DNA of 64,000 nucleotides, from NCBI RefSeq assembly GCF_009914755.1, contig NC_060948.1. One strand, 5' to 3'. Shown here in pieces: positions 56,161 to 64,000 of the stretch. This DNA is from the human T2T-CHM13v2.0 reference genome, Homo sapiens. Each line of letters begins with the position of its first letter. Position 1 is the stretch's first letter. The notes under the pieces are model-generated. The model worked only from the letters and a program-made list of their open reading frames with translations. It made no database searches and was not told the origin of the DNA. Position numbers and translations under genes: made by a program.

Positions 56161-58284
56161 AGATCCATATTTTTTAAATGAAAAAAAATTTCAAAGGTAC
56201 TCTGCTTGGTACAATAATCAAATGTATAAACTGAGGAATAAAACATAACCTTGAAACCTACTTATAACTGCATATGGAAAATACAGAGGATAATTTTTTA
56301 AATAACGTATTTTGAAAGCCTTAACTAGTAATTTGAAGAGTTGGCATTTGAAAGGCCAGTATGAATATACCTTCAAAGCAGCAACACAGGTTCCCCATGA
56401 GAAAAAGCAAACTCAGGGAAAATAAAACCACAAAGGTTCAATCTCTTCTGACCTTTGAAAGACACAGCACAGACAGTGGTCCTTAGGACGAAGAGCAGGA
56501 GACCCCTAATTCCGTCACCATGGCGATAGGGCATAAACATTGCTGGGTGAGGGCACAATCCACATTGTGAGGTCCAACTGCTGCCAGGAAGACAGGAGTG
56601 CTTTTACATAGACCGAAAGGTCATTGAAGGCTCAGAGTTTTGTTTCAAGAACTGAATCCCAAGCCCACACGTTATTAGGCTGCGCTTCTTCAAACAAGTT
56701 ATGAGATGGGAAAAAGGGCACCCACAAACATACGTATACATTATGTATATAATAATATACAGTATCATATATATAATATATATAACCTATGTATAATATT
56801 GTTTTACATCCTGCATCTTATGTTATATATATTGTATAAAATATAATAATTGATAATATATGTTTTATATTTATACAATATGACATATAGTATATATTAT
56901 AATTTATGACATATATAATATATGTTATATATCATATATAGAATATATTATACGGTTAATATACGTATTAAATATAAATTATACATTATATATATTATAT
57001 ATAATATATCTGTTATATATAATACGCATTATGCATAATATATATATTATGTCTATGTTATATATAGTATAAAACAACATATAATAATATATAATTGTAT
57101 ATATAAAATGCGACATATAATATATATTATATTTTATGACATATGTAATATATATTATATATTGTATATAATACGTTGTATGTATAATACCTATATTAAA
57201 TATATATTATATGACTATGTTATTAATTACATGTCACATATGTTATATATTATATATTTTACATAGAATATACCGGTTACATACAATATATACTATGTTA
57301 CCTATAATGTATAATTTATTACATGTAAAAAAAAGAAAGCAATATATTATGTATAATTTATAATATACAATATGTGGAATGTGATATATATAACATATAA
57401 TATATGATATATGATATACAGTATATGATATATAACATACAATATATGATACCTAATATATATGGTATAAAATATATATTTTATGATATGTATTCTATAT
57501 GTTTTATATTCTGTTATATGTAACTATTTGAAATTATATATAACTGTATAATATTTTAGGTAAATATGTAATATAATATATATAACTATATAATATATTA
57601 TATATAACTATATATTATGTTATATATACTTTTATAACATAATTTACATAAAATATCATAATATAATATATATTATATTATTTCATATTACATAATATAT
57701 ATTACATATCACCCAATATAAGTAACATACATAATATTATAATATAGATTATATTATGTTATATTAAATATCATATATATCATGTATCATATATTCTATA
57801 ATATATATTATACATTATATAATATGTATGTTGTCTGTTATGTGATATATATAACTATATATAATTATATTATTATACATATAACTAGATAACCATGTAA
57901 TTCTACATATTTTCATTTATAATATATAGAATTATATAATCATATATAATTATTTATATTCTATAAAAAATTATATCATTATATAATTTATAATATATAA
58001 AAATTATAATATGTACTACAAATATATATATTATATATCATATATGATATAGTACCTTTGTTATATATCATAATACATATAAATGTGTATTATGTTATCT
58101 ATAATTATATAATTTCATATATAAGTTGTATAATATGTATCATATATTATATATGTTATGTAATATATATAGTATATATAAGATGACACAGGATAAATAT
58201 TATATACTATGACATATAAAATATATGAGGTTATATGTTTCATATAAGGCATAGCACATAACATGTAATATATATAATATATAA

Positions 58285-58576
58285 TTTTTTTTTAGGCAGA
58301 GTCTTGTCCTGTTGCACAGGGTGGGGTACAATGGCGCCACCTTTGCTCACTGCAACATCTGCCTCACGGGTCCAAGCGATTGTCCTCCCTCAGCCTCCCA
58401 GGTAGCTGGGACTACACCACACTGGGACTACACCAGCTGCCACCATGCCTAGCTAATTTTTTGGATTTTAAGTAGTGACAGCGTTTCACTGTATTGGCCA
58501 GGATGGTCTTGATCTCTTCACCTTGTGATCCCCTTGCCTTGGCCTCCAAATTTGCTGGGATTACAGGCCTGAGCCA
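58285..58576 (-). mobile_element. Alu, U25
   Basis: Copy of the U1 Alu, variant sub-family. Confidence 0.95.
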
Positions 58577-60697
58577 AGATCCATATTTTTTAAATGAAAA
58601 AAAATTTCAAAGGTACTCTGCTTGGTACAATAATCAAATGTATAAACTGAGGAATAAAACATAACCTTGAAACCTACTTATAACTGCATATGGAAAATAC
58701 ACAGGATACTTTTTTAAATAACGTATTTTGAAAGCCTTAACTAGTAATTTGAAGAGTTGGCATTTGAAAGGCCAGTATGAATATACCTTCAAAGCAGCAA
58801 CACAGTTTCCCCATGAGAAAAAGCAAACTCAGGGAAAATAAAACCACAAAGGTTCAATCTCTTCTGACCTTTGAAAGACACAGCACAGACAGTGGTCCTT
58901 AGGACGAAGAGCAGGAGACCCCTAATTCCGTCACCATGGCGATAGGGCATAAACATTGCTGGGTGAGGGCACAATCCACATTGTGAAGTCCAACTGCTGC
59001 CAGGAAGACAGGAGTGCTTTTACATAGACCGAAAGGTCATTGAAGGCTCAGAGTTTTGTTTCAAGAACTGAATCCCAAGCCCACAGGTTATAAGGCAGCG
59101 CTTCTTCAAACAAGTTATGAGATGGGAAAAAGGGCACCCACAAACATACGTATACATTATGTATATAATAATATACAGTATCATATATATAATATATATA
59201 ACCTATTTATAATATTGTTTTACATCCTGCATCTTATATTACATATAGTATAAAATATAATAATTGATAATATATAAGTTTTATATTTCTACAATATGAC
59301 ATATAGTATATATTATAATTTATGTCATATATATGTTATATATCATATATAGAATATATTATACGGTTAATATACGTATTAAATATAAATTATACATTAT
59401 ATATATTATATATAATATATCTGTTATATATAATACTCATTATGCATAATATATATATTATGTCTATGTTATATATAGTATAACACAACATATAATAATA
59501 TATAATTGTATATATAAAATGCGACATATTATATATATTATATTTTATGACATATGTAATATATATTATATATTATATATAATACGTTGTATGTATAATA
59601 CCTATATTAAATATATATTATATGACTACGTTATTAATTACATGTCACATATGTTATATATTATATATTTTACATAGAATATACCGGTTACATACAATAT
59701 ATACTCTGTTACCTATAATGTATAATTTATTACATGTAAAATAAATAATGCAATATATTATGTATAATTTATAATATACAATATGTGGAATGTGATATAT
59801 ATAACATATAATATATGATATATGTTATACAGTATATGATATATAACATACAATATATGATACCTAATATATATGGTATACAATATATATTTTATGATAT
59901 GTATTCTCTATGTTTTATATTCTGTTATATATAACTATTTGAAATTATATATAACTGTATAATATTTTATGTAAATATGTAATATAATATATATAACCAT
60001 ATAATATATTATATATAACTATATATTATGTTATATATACTTTTATTACATAATTTGCATAAAATATCATAATATAATATATATTATATTATTTCATATT
60101 ACATAATATATATTACATATCACCCAATATAAGTAACATACATAATATTATAATATAGATTATATTATGTTATATTAAATATCATATATATCATGTATCA
60201 TATATTCTATAATATATATTATAGATTATATAATATGTATGTTGTCTATTATGTGATATATATAACTATATATATATTTATATTATTATATATATAACTA
60301 GATAAACATGTAATTCTACATATTTTCATTTATAATATATAGAATTATATAATCATATATAATTATTTATATTCTATAAAAAATTATATCATTATATAAA
60401 TTATAATATATAAAAATTATAATATGTACTACAAATATATATATTATATATCATATATGATATAGTACCTTTGTTATATATCATGATACATATAAATGTG
60501 TATTATGTTATCTATAAGTATATAATTTCATATATAAGTTATATAATATGTATTATATATTATATATGTTATGTAATATATATAGTATATATAAGATGAC
60601 ACAGGATAAATATTATATACTATGACATATAAAATATATGAGGTTATATGTTACATATAAGGCATAGCACATAACATGTAATATATATCATCTATAA

Positions 60698-60989
<292 letters not shown>

Positions 60990-63092
60990 AGAACCCTATT
61001 TTTTAAATGAAAAAAAATTTCAAAGTTACTCTGCTTGGTACAATAATCAAATGTATAAACTGAGGAATAAAACATAACCATGAAACCTACTTATAACTGC
61101 ATATGGAAAATACAGAGGATAATTTTTTAAATAACATATTTTGAAAGCCTTAACTAGTAATTTGAAGAGTTGGCATTTGAAAGGCCAGTATGAATATACC
61201 TTCAAAGCAGCAACACAGGTTCCCCATGAGAAAAAGCAAACTCAGGGAAAATAAAACCACAAAGGTGCAATCTCTTCTGACCTTTGAAAGACACAGCACA
61301 GACAGTGGTCCTTAGGACGAAGAGCAGGAGACCCCTAATTCCGTCACCATGGCGATAGGGCATAAACATTGCTGGGTGAGGGCACAATCCACTTTGTGAG
61401 GTCCAACTGCTGTCAGGAAGACAGGAGTGCTTTTACATAGACCGAAAGGTCATTGAAGGCTCAGAGTTTTGTTTCAAGAACTGAATCCCAAGCCCACACG
61501 TTATTAGGCTGCGCTTCTTAAAACAAGTTATGAGATGGGAAAAAGGGCACCCACAAACATACGTATACATTATGTATATAATAATATACAGTATCATATT
61601 TATAATATATATAACCTATGTATAATATTGTTTTACATCCTGCGTCTTATATTATATATAGTATAAAATATAATAATTGATAATATATAAGTTTTCTATT
61701 TCTACAATATGACATATAGTATATATTATAATTTATGACATATATAATATATGTTATATATCATATATAGAATATATTATACGGTTAATATACGTATTAA
61801 ATATAAATTATACATTATATATATTATATATACTATATCTGTTATATATAATACCAATTATGCATAATATATATATTATGTCTATGTTATATATAGCATA
61901 AATCAACATATAATAATATATAATTGTATATATAAAATGCGACATATAATATATATTATATTTTATGACATATGTAATATATATTATATATTACATATAA
62001 TACGTTGTATGTATAATACCTATATTAAATATATATTATATGACTATGTTATTAATTACATGTCACATATGTTATATATTATATATTTTACATAGAATAT
62101 ACCGGTTACATACAATATATACTATGTTACCTATAATGTATAATTTATTACATGTAAAATAAAGAATGCAATATATTATGTATAATTTATAAAGTACAAT
62201 ATGTGGAATGTGATATATATAACATATAATATATGATATATGATATACAGTATATGATATATAACATACAATATATGATACCTAATATATATGGTATACA
62301 ATATATATTTTATGATATGTATTCTCTATGTTTTATATTCTGTTATATATAACTATTTGAAATTATATATAACTATAAAATATTTTATGTAAATATGTAA
62401 TATAATATATATAACTATATAATATATTATATATAACTATATATTATGTTATATATACTTTTATAACATAATTTACATAAAATATCATAATATAATATAT
62501 ATTATATTATTTCATATTACATAATATATATTACATATCACCCAATATAAGTAACATACACAATATTATAATATAGATTATATTATGTTATATTAAATAT
62601 CATATATATCATGTATCATATATTCTATAATATCTATTATAAATTATATAATATGTATGTTGTCTATTATGTGATATATATAACTATATATATAATTATA
62701 TTATTATACATATAGCTAGATAAACATGTAATTCTACATATTTTCATTTATAATATATAGAATTATATAATCATATATAATTATTTATATTCTATAAAAT
62801 ATTATATCATTATATAAATTATAATATATAAAAATTATAATATGTACTACAAATATATATATTATATATCATATATGATATAGTACCTTTGTTATATATC
62901 ATAATACATATAAATGTGTATTATGTCATCTATAATTATATAATTTCATATATAAGATGTATAATATGTATTATATATTATATATGTTATGTAATATATA
63001 TGGTATGTATAAGATGACACAGGATAAATATTATATACTATGACATATAAAATATATGAGGTTATATGTTACATATAAGGCATAGCACATAA

Positions 63093-63407
<315 letters not shown>

Positions 63408-64000
63408 AGATCCATATTTTTTAAATGAAAAAAAATTTCAAAGGTACTCTGCTTGGTACAATAATCAAATGTATAAACTGAGGAATAAAACATAACCATG
63501 AAACCTACTTATAACTGCATATGGAAAATACAGAGGATAATTTTTTAAATAACATATTTTGAAAGCCTTAACTAGTAATTTGAAGGGTTGGCATTTGAAA
63601 GGCCAGTATGAATATACCTTCAATGCAGCAACACAGGTTCCCCATGAGAAAAAGCAAACTCAGGGAAAATAAAACCACAAAGGTTCAATCTCTTCTGACC
63701 TTTGAAAGACACAGCACAGACAGTGGTCCTTAGGACGAAGAGCAGGAGACCTCTAATTCCGTCACCATGGCGATAGGGCATAAACATTGCTGGGTGAGGG
63801 CACAATCCACCTTGTGAGGTCCAACTGCTGTCAGGAAGACAGGAGTGCTTTTACATACACCGAAAGGTCATTGAAGGCTCAGAGTTTTGTTTCAAGAACT
63901 GAATCCCAAGCCCACACGTTATTAGGCTGTGCTTCTTAAAACAAGTTATGAGATGGGGAAAAGGGCACTCACAAACATACGGATACATTATGTATATAAT

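Overview
The whole 64 kb window is one uninterrupted head-to-tail tandem array of about 26.5 copies of a ~2.41-2.42 kb composite unit. Each unit has three parts: a diverged, 5'-clipped Alu on the minus strand (~292 bp), a moderately GC-rich ~570 bp HSATI-like segment, and a ~1.55 kb extremely AT-rich degenerate (TA)n domain. This matches the human Yq12 heterochromatin repeat DYZ2 (HSat1B). The GGCC sites predict a 2139 bp HaeIII fragment, consistent with the classic male-specific 2.1 kb band. There are no credible genes; all listed ORFs are short chance frames repeated with the unit. I did not find a previously undescribed biological system. The signal of interest is array evolution read from shared variants: adjacent-unit duplications, shared tracts 2, 3 and 4 units apart, mosaic units, a switch between two sub-families at ~41-46 kb, and a recurrently hypermutated sub-region. 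Units are numbered U1-U27 by their Alu. Variant calls were made by eye and are not exhaustive.
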